DNA of 64,000 bases from Rhodospirillaceae bacterium UBA3470 (GTDB lineage Bacteria > Pseudomonadota > Alphaproteobacteria > Rhodospirillales > Casp-alpha2): the NCBI GenBank assembly GCA_002378125.1, contig DFRF01000041.1, positions 420 through 64,419 of the forward strand, written 5' to 3'. The position numbers and the translations under genes were made by a program. Positions 9,577-19,807 of this stretch are shown here, piece after piece (positions within the stretch are counted from its first letter, which is position 1; the number at the start of each line of letters is the position of its first letter). Below the pieces are notes generated by a model, which searched no databases, was not told the DNA's origin, and saw only the letters and a list, made by a program, of their open reading frames with translations.

Positions 9577-10857
9577 ATGGATTTCAAGGAAACCCCATAT
9601 TGGTGGGAGGCCGCGCCCCGGCCGACTCTCGACGAGAAACCGGTACAGCAAACCTGCGACGTTGCCATCATCGGCGCAGGGTTCGCGGGTCTGACGGCGG
9701 CGTTGACCCTGGCGCGGGCGGGACGCAACGTACAGGTCTTCGACAAGCAGCGTCCCGGCGAAGGCGCATCCAGCCGCAACGGTGGCATCGCGTCAGGCAA
9801 TATCAAAATGAAATTCTCGACCATGGTCTCGGCTTTTGGCGAGGACGCTGCAAAAAAAATCTACGCCGAGGGTGTAGCCGCGCGCGAGGACTTGGCGCGC
9901 TTCATCGAGGACGAGAAGATTGATTGCCACTTCAAAATGACCGGCCAGTTCACCGGCGCCTACTTGCCGAAGCATTACGACCGGCTAGCCCGCGAGGCAG
10001 AATTCCTAAACAAGAATCTAGACCTGGGCGCGGAAGTGATAGCCCGCGCCAACCAGCACAAGGAAGTGGACACGGAACTTTACTACGGCGGTGTGGTGCG
10101 CCCCGACATCGGCGGCCTGCATCCGGGTCTGTTTCACCAGGGGATTCTGGACCGCGCCCTGGAGGCCGGCGTCACCGTGCATGGCGTCACCGACGTGGAA
10201 GGGTTTGTGAAAGACGCGGAAGGCTTCCTGATCACCACATCGCGTGGCACTACCAAAGCTCGCGATCTTTTGGTCTGTACCAACGGCTACACGGGCAAGA
10301 CCACGCCCTGGCTGCAGCGCCGCATTGTGCCAGTCCCAAGCCAGATTATCGCCACGGCGCCACTCCCGACCGAGACCATGCGGCGCCTCATGCCCAAGGG
10401 CCGGATGTTAGGCGAGACCCGCAATACCTATCACTACTATCGTCCGTCGCCAGACGGCACTTGTATCATCTTCGGCGGCCGTGCCGGCGCTGGCACGGAT
10501 GATCCCCAAGAAAAATTCAAACACTTGCACAAGGGCATCGTAGAAATATTCCCCGAACTCAAAAACGTGGGCATTACCCATTCGTGGTGGGGCTTCACGG
10601 GCTACACCTTCGACTTCTTTCCGAAGTCCGTGGTCAATGACGGCGTGCATTACGCCGCCGGGTTTTGCGGCTCGGGCGTCGTCTGGGCGCGCTGGTTCGC
10701 GAAGAAGTCCGCCATGCGCATCGTTGGTAATTCCAAAGACGCGGAAAGCGCCTTCGACGGCCGCCCAGCGCAGACGAGGCTTCTCTATAATGGTAATCCG
10801 TGGTTCCTACCTTGGGTGATCGCCTGGTATGGATGGAAGGACCGTTTGGGGCTTTAG
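9577..10857 (+). CDS. FAD-dependent oxidoreductase (DAO family)
   Basis: It starts 2 nt after the hydrolase stop. An N-terminal dinucleotide-binding fold is present (DVAIIGAGFAGLTAALTLARAG); 426 aa. Confidence 0.85.
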   Translation: MDFKETPYWWEAAPRPTLDEKPVQQTCDVAIIGAGFAGLTAALTLARAGRNVQVFDKQRPGEGASSRNGGIASGNIKMKFSTMVSAFGEDAAKKIYAEGVAAREDLARFIEDEKIDCHFKMTGQFTGAYLPKHYDRLAREAEFLNKNLDLGAEVIARANQHKEVDTELYYGGVVRPDIGGLHPGLFHQGILDRALEAGVTVHGVTDVEGFVKDAEGFLITTSRGTTKARDLLVCTNGYTGKTTPWLQRRIVPVPSQIIATAPLPTETMRRLMPKGRMLGETRNTYHYYRPSPDGTCIIFGGRAGAGTDDPQEKFKHLHKGIVEIFPELKNVGITHSWWGFTGYTFDFFPKSVVNDGVHYAAGFCGSGVVWARWFAKKSAMRIVGNSKDAESAFDGRPAQTRLLYNGNPWFLPWVIAWYGWKDRLGL

Positions 10858-10978
10858 GCCAAATCTGGGCAACCGCCGAAATCAACTTTTCCACCAGCGC
10901 AATCCATGGCATAGATCCAATCAGCATCTGGATGCAGATCGCCTCATTAGCCTTGCTAATGTTACATTGGGCTAAGGT

Positions 10979-11101
10979 TTAAGTCAGCGCCGGCAAAATG
11001 GCCACGATAGACGATAACACCGTGGTGCCGAGCTTTACTAGGTAGATGGTATCGCGGATGAGTGCCGCTTCTTGTTCCATTTCGCCGAGGACGGCAAACA
11101 T
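10979..11101 (-). CDS. hypothetical 40 aa protein with a hydrophobic C-terminus
   Basis: Not in the ORF track. The ATG lies 7 nt after GGAAGGGA, immediately downstream of the tadA stop. Translation: MFAVLGEMEQEAALIRDTIYLVKLGTTVLSSIVAILPALT. Confidence 0.3.
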   Translation of the reverse strand: MFAVLGEMEQEAALIRDTIYLVKLGTTVLSSIVAILPALT

Positions 11102-11115
11102 GTTTTGGTCCCTTC

Positions 11116-11568
11116 CTAGCGGCGTTGGGCGAAAAACCCCTTTAAGATCGCCGCACATTCCGTTTCCATGACCCCGCCGATCACTTCGGGCGCGTGGTGA
11201 ATTGTGGGCTGGTCAAAGATGCGCGGCCCGTGGTCCACGCCACCGCCTTTTGGGTCATAGGCCCCAAACACCAATTTGCGAAGGCGCGCATAAGCGATCG
11301 CCGTAGCGCAGAGCGCGCACGGTTCCAGCGTCACATACAAATCGCATTGAGGCAGACGCACATCGCCGCGCGCCACAGTAGCCTCGCGAATGACTAGAAC
11401 CTCAGCGTGTGCAGTGGGATCAGACAGTTCTTCCACCCGGTTGCCGGCCCGCGCCAAAACGGCTCCAGAAGCTGCCTCTACGAGGACAGCCCCCACAGGC
11501 ACCTCGCCCCGGGCCTTGGCGGCGCGGGCTTCAGCTAGAGCCTGAGTCATAAAATCGGTTTCGATCAT
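11116..11568 (-). CDS. tadA: tRNA adenosine(34) deaminase
   Basis: 150 aa with the CDA zinc motifs HAEVLVIREA and PCALCATAI. Confidence 0.9.
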   Translation of the reverse strand: MIETDFMTQALAEARAAKARGEVPVGAVLVEAASGAVLARAGNRVEELSDPTAHAEVLVIREATVARGDVRLPQCDLYVTLEPCALCATAIAYARLRKLVFGAYDPKGGGVDHGPRIFDQPTIHHAPEVIGGVMETECAAILKGFFAQRR

Positions 11569-11643
11569 GGGGAAATCTGGTACTACGTAGCCGTGCCGTC
11601 AAGGCGCGCTTGTTCCGGCCTCATGCGCTGCTAGAGTGCGATT

Positions 11644-12414
11644 ATGTCAGAACAAAATGACATTAAAAAAGGCGAGCGAATCGCCAAGATCTTGGCGCGG
11701 GTGGGGCTCTGTTCGCGACGTGAAGCGGAACGCTGGATCCGCGACGGCCGGGTGCAAATGAACGGTGCGGTGCTGAGCACACCAGCTATAACCGTGACAG
11801 ACGCCGATACGGTCCTGGTAGACGGGCAGCCCCTCCCAAAAATCGAGAAACCGCGGCTCTGGCGCTATCATAAGCCGCCAGGCTTGGTGACCACGAACAG
11901 CGACCCCGAAGGCCGGGCGACCATATTCGAGCGCCTGCCCCGCGACTTGCCGCGGGTCATGACAGTGGGGCGGCTTGACATTACGTCAGAGGGCTTGCTG
12001 CTGCTCACCAACGACGGCGGTCTAGCGCGGCAATTAGAACTGCCAGAAACCGGCTGGACCCGGCGGTATCGGGTCCGAGCTCACGGCCGGGCTGATGAGG
12101 GCCGGCTAGCAAAACTGGCGGGTGGAGTGACGGTCGACGGTGTGCATTACGGCGCCATTGAGGCCAAACTTGAGGGCCAGCAGAAATCCAATGCCTGGCT
12201 TGATGTGCGGCTTCGAGAAGGTAAGAACCGCGAGATCCGCCGGGTCATGGCGCATCTGGGCCTAAACGTGACCCGCCTGATCCGGACCGCCTACGGTCCC
12301 TTCCAATTGGGCACGATGGACCGCGGTCAGGTGATTGAGGTGACGGGCAAGGTCATGCGTGATCAGATCGCGGGTTTTCGGAGACGTAAATCTCGTAAGG
12401 GGGGTGTCCGGTGA
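11644..12414 (+). CDS. rRNA pseudouridine synthase (RsuA/RluB family)
   Basis: N-terminal S4 domain ([27 protein letters not shown]), catalytic motif [18 protein letters not shown], and a basic C-terminal tail. Confidence 0.88.
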   Translation: MSEQNDIKKGERIAKILARVGLCSRREAERWIRDGRVQMNGAVLSTPAITVTDADTVLVDGQPLPKIEKPRLWRYHKPPGLVTTNSDPEGRATIFERLPRDLPRVMTVGRLDITSEGLLLLTNDGGLARQLELPETGWTRRYRVRAHGRADEGRLAKLAGGVTVDGVHYGAIEAKLEGQQKSNAWLDVRLREGKNREIRRVMAHLGLNVTRLIRTAYGPFQLGTMDRGQVIEVTGKVMRDQIAGFRRRKSRKGGVR

Positions 12415-12424
12415 GAGTTCGGAC

Positions 12425-13000
12425 ATGAGAATTGTCGGCGGCGCCTTCAGGGGTCGACGCCTGGCCGCGCCGACAGGTCATGACGTACGGCCAACGTCGG
12501 AACGGACACGGGAATCGCTGTTCAACATTTTAGCGCACGGCCTAGCCGACTGGGGCGGTGAATTGGAAGCAGCTAGCGTTGTCGACCTATTTTGCGGGAC
12601 CGGCGCCCTGGGGCTCGAAGCGCTGTCGCGGGGCGCGGCGCACGTGACACTTATTGACAACTCGGGACCCGTCTTATCAGCGGCCCGCAAAAACTCGGCA
12701 CTCGGTATTAACGCGGCGAAAAGGACGATTATCCTTAAGATGGACGCGACCATGTTGGCACCACCGCCTCGCGCAGCCCAGGCACCGTGCGCCATAGCCT
12801 TTCTGGACCCACCCTATGGCTCCGGCTTGGCCGTGCCGGCATTAGGATCGTTAAAAGCGCGGGGCTGGCTTGGCGACGGCGGCTTGGCGGTTGTTGAAAT
12901 CGCCGCGGGGGAGGAATTGGACCCACCGCTTGGTTACAGGGCCATTGAGACGCGGGCCTACGGTGCGGCCAAAGTGTTATTCCTAAAACTTCGTAGTTGA
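12425..13000 (+). CDS. rsmD: 16S rRNA (guanine(966)-N(2))-methyltransferase
   Basis: ORF 12359..13000 trimmed to ATG 12425 (MRIVGGAFRGRRL). Motifs present: RPTSERTRESLFNIL, SAM motif VVDLFCGTGALGLEALSRGA, and FLDPPY. Confidence 0.88.
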   Translation: MRIVGGAFRGRRLAAPTGHDVRPTSERTRESLFNILAHGLADWGGELEAASVVDLFCGTGALGLEALSRGAAHVTLIDNSGPVLSAARKNSALGINAAKRTIILKMDATMLAPPPRAAQAPCAIAFLDPPYGSGLAVPALGSLKARGWLGDGGLAVVEIAAGEELDPPLGYRAIETRAYGAAKVLFLKLRS

Positions 13001-13379
13001 AGCGCGTCGGCCAATTCCGATATGCGTAGGAGACGCATTCATCTGGCCAGAGGGCGACTAATCTCAGACCTTGTGCGACATCCCAGCACCACTCGTCGCC
13101 TTCCCAGAACGCAGGGACGCCAAACAAGAGGGTAATCTTTTCCGCTGAGACCATTGGCGTCGGTTAAAAGGGAGGCAACGGTGGTGCGCCGCCAGTGACA
13201 CCACTTTCGTCCATACCACATGGATTTGGTCCAGGTAGCCTCGGGAAGGATGAAGTGTTGCTAGAATTGCCCCAAGATGGGCGACCCAGTCAACTGGGGT
13301 GGGCTTAATTGTGTCCGACTGCCGCTCATGCCATCATCGGACGCGACAGATCGTAAATTGGTTCGAGGGTTTGGGGATC

Positions 13380-14381
13380 GTGGATATCGTCTTTGGGCGT
13401 TGGGGCCGTGTGCCTATGACCGCGGTGTTTATGGCACTTTCGATTGCTCAGGTCGGGGCAAAAGAGATCCTTTTCGTCTATCCCCCAGAAGGATGGCGGT
13501 TGAGCTTAGAGACTAGGACCGACAACCTCCATTTCTTTGAATACTTTCCAAAGGGGGAGACGCCTCAGCAGTGGACAGAGATGGTGACCGTCCAAATCTT
13601 CACAAATTTGAAGGGGATCAGTCCGTCGGTGTTAGCTGATAATTTGCGCACGCGGTTCGTCACCGGTTGCGCCCGCCAAACAATTCGTGGCCCCGAGCGG
13701 TTCAGCTTAGGGGGTTACCTTGCTATCCGCCTGTACGTGGAGTGCGACAAACCCACCTTCAAGAAAAGGCCGGGCGGCTCGGACTTTCTGCAACATGAAG
13801 TGGCCGCTTTTCAAATCATCCAGGGGCGAAAAAACCTCTATGTCATTGAACGGGCATGGCACGGGCGGTCACGGGCCTCGCCGAACGCACCCTATGAGCG
13901 TGGTGATCTCTGGGGATGGGACGTATTTTGGCACAACATTGAGGTTTGTGACACCGATGAAAGGGCGCGGGCTTGTTTTGGCCTCGGGCTACTGTCCCCC
14001 GAAAAGGCAGCGATATTCGTCTCGCAGGCGAACCCGGTCTTGCCCTACGGATGTGACTATTTCCGTATCCTGTCTCTCTTGCCCGATACGGCGCGGGCAA
14101 CGCGCCCGACGCAGGTCTTGCCGTTGAAACTGCGCCTTGGCCGGTTCGGCGGTTCAAAACCCGACCGCCGGTTGATCGACGACCTTTTGGCGGCCTACGA
14201 TGAGAACAGGCCAGTGGCGGTGATCGTCACCATGTCCGGCAGCGCCTCGTCGGACATATTCCCCATCGACGCCGCTAAGGCCGCGCGGGACACCAACGCT
14301 ATTGCCAGCTTGCTGATCGCCGGCGGGGTCGCGACAGATCGCGTTTATCAGACCTTGAACGCGGATTGTCCGGGGGGATAG
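13380..14381 (+). CDS. hypothetical secreted protein (no family recognised)
   Basis: ORF 13299..14381. The probable start is GTG 13380 or ATG 13416, which gives a signal-like N-terminus (RWGRVPMTAVFMALSIAQVGA/KE). The ORF is long, with coding-like composition. The function is unknown. Confidence 0.6.
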   Translation: MDIVFGRWGRVPMTAVFMALSIAQVGAKEILFVYPPEGWRLSLETRTDNLHFFEYFPKGETPQQWTEMVTVQIFTNLKGISPSVLADNLRTRFVTGCARQTIRGPERFSLGGYLAIRLYVECDKPTFKKRPGGSDFLQHEVAAFQIIQGRKNLYVIERAWHGRSRASPNAPYERGDLWGWDVFWHNIEVCDTDERARACFGLGLLSPEKAAIFVSQANPVLPYGCDYFRILSLLPDTARATRPTQVLPLKLRLGRFGGSKPDRRLIDDLLAAYDENRPVAVIVTMSGSASSDIFPIDAAKAARDTNAIASLLIAGGVATDRVYQTLNADCPGG

Positions 14382-14405
14382 CCCAACCCGGAATTGCGGG
14401 GAAAT

Positions 14406-16478
14406 CTAGACGTCGAGGTCTTCAACTAGGCTAGCGTTTTCCTGGATATACTTGAACCGCTTCTCCGGGTTCTTGCCCATGAGATTATCAACGAGGCGGG
14501 CCGTATACTTTGCCTCAATGATTTCGTCATCCGTCTGGCCCGCCGGTATCGTGACTCGGACCAGGGTCCTCCGCGCTGGGTCCATGGTGGTTTCCTTGAG
14601 TTGTGCCGGCGGCATTTCGCCAAGGCCCTTAAAACGGCTAATCTCCACCTTGCCGCGGCCCATGAACTCCTTTTCCATAAGCTCATCCTTGTGCGCATCA
14701 TCGCGCGCATACATGGTTTTTGAACCCTGATTGATGCGGTAGAGCGGCGGCATTGCGAGATAAAGGTGGCCCGAGTCCACCAGCCCAGCCATCTGCTGGA
14801 AGAAAAAGGTCATCAGCAATGAAGAGATATGGGCCCCGTCCACGTCAGCATCGGTCATGATGATAACCTTCTCGTACCGGAGGTCATCCTCCATGAAGGC
14901 CTCGCCCAAACCAGAGCCCAAGGCTTCGATCAGGTCGGACAGCTCCTGGTTGGCGCGCATCTTGTCGGCCGTGGCACTGGCGACATTGAGGATCTTTCCG
15001 CGCAAGGGAAGGATTGCCTGAGTTTCGCGGTCCCGCGCCTGCTTGGCTGAGCCGCCAGCCGAATCGCCCTCGACGATAAACAATTCGGTGCCTTGCGCCG
15101 TGGTCCGGGTACAATCCGAAAGCTTGCCTGGGAGGCGCAATTTCCGGGTGGCAGATTGGCGTTTAGTTTGCTTCTGGGCACGCCGCCTGAGCCGGATCTC
15201 TGCCCGCTCAATCGCGTGCTCCAACAGGGCTTTCGCCGCATCAGGTGCACTGGACAACCAGTGGTCGAAGTGGTCGCGGACCGCGTTTTCCACCAGTTTT
15301 TGGGCCTCCACCGTGGAGAGCTTGTCCTTAGTTTGGCCCTGGAATTGTGGATCGGCGATGAACACGGACAACATGACTAAGGTGCCGCCGACCACGTCGT
15401 CACCGTTGAGCTTGGCGGCTTGCTTGTTCCCGACGAGCTCTCCGTAAGCGCGGAGGCCTTTGGTTAGTGCGCCGCGCAAACCTAATTCGTGGGTGCCGCC
15501 CAACGGGGTGGGGACTGTGTTGCAATAGGAGTTAAAGAACGGATCCTCATCCACGGGCCAGGCAACGGCCCATTCCACCTTGCCCGATCCACCGTTCATC
15601 TTCGATTGGCCAGCAAATGACTGCCGCGTGATGGTTTTTCGTTCACCCAGGGCGCTGACGAGATAATCGGTTAGGCCCCCCGGGAAATGGAGGGTGTCCT
15701 TGGCGGGCGTATCTTCGCCATCGACAAGCAACTTCTCGTGGCAGGTCCAGCGAATTTCAACACCGCGAAACAGGTACGCCTTGGACCGCGCCATGCGATA
15801 TAGCATCGCCGGCTTGAAGAGATTGTGCGGCCCAAAAATCTTTGCGTCGGGATGGAAATTGATAGTGGTGCCACGCCGGTTGCGGACCGCGCCAGCATCT
15901 TTCAGCGGGCCGTCGGGAACGCCGCGCTGGTATGTCTGACGCCACATGTTTTTGTCGCGCGCCACCTCCACGGTCAAACGGTCGGCCAGTGCGTTCACCA
16001 CGGACAGGCCAACCCCGTGTAGGCCGCCCGACGTCTCATAGGCTTCGCCGGAAAACTTACCGCCGGAGTGAAGCGTCGTCATAATTACTTCCAGGGCCGA
16101 CTTGGCCTTAAACTTAGGGTGCGGGTCCGTCGGAATACCGCGGCCATTGTCAGAGATGGTCAACGACCGGTCGGGCAGAAGTTCGATGTGAATATAGCTC
16201 GCATGGCCAGACACAACCTCGTCCATGGAGTTATCGAGGATTTCGGCCGCAAGGTGATGAAGCGAGCGTTCATCCGTGCCGCCAATGTACATGCCGGGCC
16301 GACGGCGCACCGGTTCTAGGCCCTCCAGAACCTCAATGTCCTTCGCCGAATAACTTCCGCCGGCGCTCTTGGCCACCGGTGCGGCCTTGCTAACCGTCTT
16401 TGCAGCCTTGTTTTTTTGAGCTGTCTTGGATTTTTTAGCGGGGGGCTGATGGCCCTGTTTAAAGAGCTCAGTTTGCAT
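14406..16478 (-). CDS. parE: DNA topoisomerase IV subunit B
   Basis: 690 aa with a Lys/Ala-rich N-terminal extension. GHKL and Toprim motifs are present (GLEPVRRRPGMYIG, DNGRGIP, GGLHGVG, EGDSAGGSAKQARDR, PLRGKILNV, IMTDADVDGAHI). The length fits alphaproteobacterial ParE rather than GyrB. Confidence 0.9.
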   Translation of the reverse strand: MQTELFKQGHQPPAKKSKTAQKNKAAKTVSKAAPVAKSAGGSYSAKDIEVLEGLEPVRRRPGMYIGGTDERSLHHLAAEILDNSMDEVVSGHASYIHIELLPDRSLTISDNGRGIPTDPHPKFKAKSALEVIMTTLHSGGKFSGEAYETSGGLHGVGLSVVNALADRLTVEVARDKNMWRQTYQRGVPDGPLKDAGAVRNRRGTTINFHPDAKIFGPHNLFKPAMLYRMARSKAYLFRGVEIRWTCHEKLLVDGEDTPAKDTLHFPGGLTDYLVSALGERKTITRQSFAGQSKMNGGSGKVEWAVAWPVDEDPFFNSYCNTVPTPLGGTHELGLRGALTKGLRAYGELVGNKQAAKLNGDDVVGGTLVMLSVFIADPQFQGQTKDKLSTVEAQKLVENAVRDHFDHWLSSAPDAAKALLEHAIERAEIRLRRRAQKQTKRQSATRKLRLPGKLSDCTRTTAQGTELFIVEGDSAGGSAKQARDRETQAILPLRGKILNVASATADKMRANQELSDLIEALGSGLGEAFMEDDLRYEKVIIMTDADVDGAHISSLLMTFFFQQMAGLVDSGHLYLAMPPLYRINQGSKTMYARDDAHKDELMEKEFMGRGKVEISRFKGLGEMPPAQLKETTMDPARRTLVRVTIPAGQTDDEIIEAKYTARLVDNLMGKNPEKRFKYIQENASLVEDLDV

Positions 16479-16634
16479 GGGATTTCCCGATTTTTTCGAC
16501 TTTCTGCGACACTATCCTAATCAACCGAGCCTAGGCTCGACAAGCATGATAATGTGCTAAGTGTAAACAAAATATACAAGATGTTGTGGGAATCTCGTTA
16601 ACTTCATGGGAAATGAAAGCCTCATGGGATAACG

Positions 16635-17043
16635 TTGGCGAACCTTGCGCAAAATGAAGCCGCGCCGGAGGAACCGCACGGCGACCTCACCTTGGGCACT
16701 CTCGCTATGCCTGCCGACACCAACTCGGCCAGCGAAAGCTTTGGCGGCTTACTGATGCGTCAGATGGATATCACTAGCGGCATGTCGCCGGACAACCCGC
16801 GTTGGACCGCGTCGCCACCGTCGCGGTTGATGGTTTCATCTTTGACAAACCGGTGAACGTAGGCGACGTGGTCTGCCGATACACCCACGTCACCGAAGTC
16901 AACACGACTTCGGTGAAGGAATAAGTGCAGGCCTGGACCCTGTGTAGCCAAACGGCAGACAGCCGGGTTACGTCACCAAGGGGGTCTTCACCATTGACGC
17001 CTTAGATGAGACAGGGACCAAACGCTGGGTGCCGTCGGCCTAG
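16635..17043 (+). pseudogene. acyl-CoA thioesterase (YciA / hotdog fold) pseudogene
   Basis: Frame 1 reads HGDLTLGTLAMPADTNSASESFGGLLMRQMDITSG. After a frameshift it reads DRVATVAVDGFIFDKPVNVGDVVCRYTHVTEVNTTSVKE, then a TAA, then VQAWTLCSQTADSR. After a second shift it reads VTKGVFTIDALDETGTKRWVPSA*. This is colinear with YciA-type thioesterases but is broken at least three times. Confidence 0.75.
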
Positions 17044-17174
17044 GCGGTCGGCTGGCGTCATGTTATCAAGAGAAACGCATACCCGGAGAACACCAAGGCC
17101 ATCAAGGCCGCAAGATCACGAACGAAGGTCACTGTATGCAAGTTCTGCCCTCCCCGAGGCTAATTTGATATTTA

Positions 17175-17189
17175 GAACAATAATAGAAC
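17175..17189. promoter_or_regulatory. GAAC-N7-GAAC direct repeat (alphaproteobacterial SOS/LexA-box-like), orphan
   Basis: GAACaataataGAAC matches the GAAC-N7-GAAC (GTTC-N7-GTTC) LexA motif described for many Alphaproteobacteria. It sits in an AT-rich region with no intact gene on either side. Confidence 0.3.
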
Positions 17190-17625
17190 ATAGTTTGAAT
17201 TAAAGTGCAACTTTTTTAATATTGTCGTTCAAGCCATTGAATTTCATTGGTGTTCAACGCACGCGAAAAATCTAATGTTTCTCCGTCGTTTCACGACTTT
17301 GCTCATCGCGAGCCCAGCAAAAATATAACATGTTAATGTTATGTTCTCATTTTATCGCCCCCTGCGTCCTGTGACGCAACGCTTTCGCCACGCGATCCGA
17401 CGACGCCCGTGTTCAAACGGTCAAGTTATCAGCCAATAGTAATGGCAGTTATGCTTTTTACCTCACGGTGCGCCGTTCGAGTACAAGCTCGCAGCACTAT
17501 GTCGACAAGCTCGAAATTCTGGCGTCCGACGGCCGAGATCGGGGAATGTGGCCCCCATACCAGGCTATGGGGTTACCTTGGTAGCGGATGCCGCCCAGGC
17601 GATGGAATAGTAGCAGACACCCAAC

Positions 17626-17651
17626 AAAAAAAGGCCGCCCAGAGGGCGGCC
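17626..17651 (-). terminator. rho-independent terminator of glnA
   Basis: On the minus strand, GGCCGCCC-tct-GGGCGGCC is followed by TTTTTTTT. It starts 26 nt after the glnA stop. Confidence 0.9.
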
Positions 17652-17676
17652 TTTCGCACGAATTGGTGATATCGTC

Positions 17677-19098
17677 TTATGATGAGTAGTACATCTGGAA
17701 CTCCACAGGGTGTGGCGTGTGTTCAAAGTTGTAGACCTCTTCCCACTTCAGATCCATGTAGGCGTCGATCTGGTCGTCCGAGAACACGTCGCCCTTTTTC
17801 AGAAAGTCGCGGTCACCATCAAGGCTTTCCATAGCTTCGCGGAGCGAGCCGCAGACCGTCGGTACGTCGGCCAACTCTTCCGGCGGCAAGTCGTAGAGAT
17901 CCTTGTCCATGGCGTCGCCCGGGTTGATCTTGTTCTGGATGCCGTCTAGACCCGCCAGCATCATCGCAGAGAAGGCAAGGTACGGGTTAGCCATAGCGTC
18001 CGGGAAACGGACTTCGACACGCTTGCCGTTGGGCGAATTCGAGAACGGAATTCGACAGCTGGCCGAACGGTTACGGGCCGAGTAGGCCAGCAGGACCGGC
18101 GCCTCGAAACCCGGAATTAGACGCTTGTAGCTGTTCGTGGTCGGGTTCGTGAAGGCATTGATGGCTTTCGCGTGCTTGATGATGCCGCCGATGTAGTGGA
18201 GCGCCGTTTCCGAAAGATCCGCGTAGCGCGAACCGGCGAAGGTCGGCTTGCCATCCTTCCAGATGGATTGGTGCGTGTGCATGCCCGAGCCGTTGTCTCC
18301 GGCCACCGGCTTCGGCATGAAGGTCGCCGTCTTGCCGTAGGTGTGGGCAGTCATGTGGGTGCAATACTTGTAGATTTGCAGGTTGTCGGCAGCACGCACG
18401 AGCGTCGAGAAGGTCATGCCAAGCTCGTGCTGTGACGGCGCCACTTCGTGGTGATGCTTGTCCATGTTGAGCCCCATCTCCTGCATTACGGTGACCATCT
18501 CGGCACGCAGGTCATGGGCGCTATCGACCGGCGGAACCGGGAAGTAGCCGCCCTTGATACCAGGACGGTGGCCCAGGTTGCCTTCGTCGAAGAATTTGCC
18601 CGTTACGTAAGGGCCTTCTTCGGAATCGAACTCGAAGAAGGTGGAATTCATCTGCACGTCGAAGCGCACATCGTCGAAGACGAAAAATTCAGCTTCGGAA
18701 CCGAAGTAGGCGGTGTCGCCAATGTCGGTGGAACCAAGATAGGCTTCAGCCTTCTTGGCGACCGAGCGTGGGTCGCGACCGTAGGGCTGACCGGTGGTCG
18801 GCTCCATAATGTCGCAGCACATGATCATGGAAGGCTGCGCCGCAAACGGGTCCATGACGGCCGTCGAAGCGTCAGGGATCAGCGCCATGTCGGATTCGTT
18901 GATGGCCTTCCAGCCAGCGATGGATGAGCCATCGAACATAATTCCGTCCACGAAGCTGTCATCGTCGATAAAGTCCGCGCACATGGTGAGGTGCTGCCAT
19001 TTACCGCGCGGGTCGGTGAAGCGCAGGTCGACGAACGGAATGTCCCCGTCTTTCAGCGCCTTAAGGACATCGGCGGGGTTTTTGCAATCTAGAGTCAT
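17677..19098 (-). CDS. glnA: type I glutamine synthetase
   Basis: ORF 17677..19125 trimmed to ATG 19098 (GAAGGGAG 7 nt upstream). It is a 473 aa GSI with typical segments ([31 protein letters not shown]). It lies downstream of glnB. Confidence 0.95.
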   Translation of the reverse strand: MTLDCKNPADVLKALKDGDIPFVDLRFTDPRGKWQHLTMCADFIDDDSFVDGIMFDGSSIAGWKAINESDMALIPDASTAVMDPFAAQPSMIMCCDIMEPTTGQPYGRDPRSVAKKAEAYLGSTDIGDTAYFGSEAEFFVFDDVRFDVQMNSTFFEFDSEEGPYVTGKFFDEGNLGHRPGIKGGYFPVPPVDSAHDLRAEMVTVMQEMGLNMDKHHHEVAPSQHELGMTFSTLVRAADNLQIYKYCTHMTAHTYGKTATFMPKPVAGDNGSGMHTHQSIWKDGKPTFAGSRYADLSETALHYIGGIIKHAKAINAFTNPTTNSYKRLIPGFEAPVLLAYSARNRSASCRIPFSNSPNGKRVEVRFPDAMANPYLAFSAMMLAGLDGIQNKINPGDAMDKDLYDLPPEELADVPTVCGSLREAMESLDGDRDFLKKGDVFSDDQIDAYMDLKWEEVYNFEHTPHPVEFQMYYSS

Positions 19099-19178
19099 TT
19101 TTGGGCTCCCTTCATCAGTAAGCAATAATGTTGCAACGCTTTGGGTATGTGGTCAGCGTTTTCTCTGGGACGTTCTTC

Positions 19179-19574
<396 letters not shown>

Positions 19575-19585
19575 TTATGCTCTAC

Positions 19586-19602
19586 AGCAGGTATCATGCC
19601 AG
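19586..19602 (-). promoter_or_regulatory. sigma-54 (-24/-12) promoter candidate for glnB-glnA
   Basis: The minus strand reads CTGGCATGATACCTGCT. GG and GC are separated by 10 nt, matching TGGCAC-N5-TTGCW, about 70 nt upstream of the glnB ATG. Confidence 0.6.
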
Positions 19603-19807
19603 AACCGGGTTGCAGCTTTATTGCATTTAAATCAGATAGTTAAATATTTAGATGATCATTATTACAATGTTAACGCCGATGACAATTGCTTGATTTTTTG
19701 GCATTTGCCCATATGTCGATCACTGGCGACCCGCGGCAGTTGCGCAACCCCGAGCGACCGCATAGCCTTTCTTTGAGTTTTCTGTCCTCGCCATCTGGAG
19801 ATACGCC

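Noticed and set aside
12735-13221. Two overlapping minus-strand ORFs (MWYGRKWCHWRR... and ...FWEGDEWCWDV...) that could be joined by a frameshift
   Set aside because: The Trp/Cys/Arg-rich composition is unlike real proteins, one ORF runs 265 nt antisense into rsmD, and no family was recognised.
17171-17190. TTTAGAAC... resembles the left half of an Irr iron-control element (TTTAGAA-N3-TTCTAAA)
   Set aside because: The right half-site is absent. The GAAC-N7-GAAC reading fits better but remains tentative.
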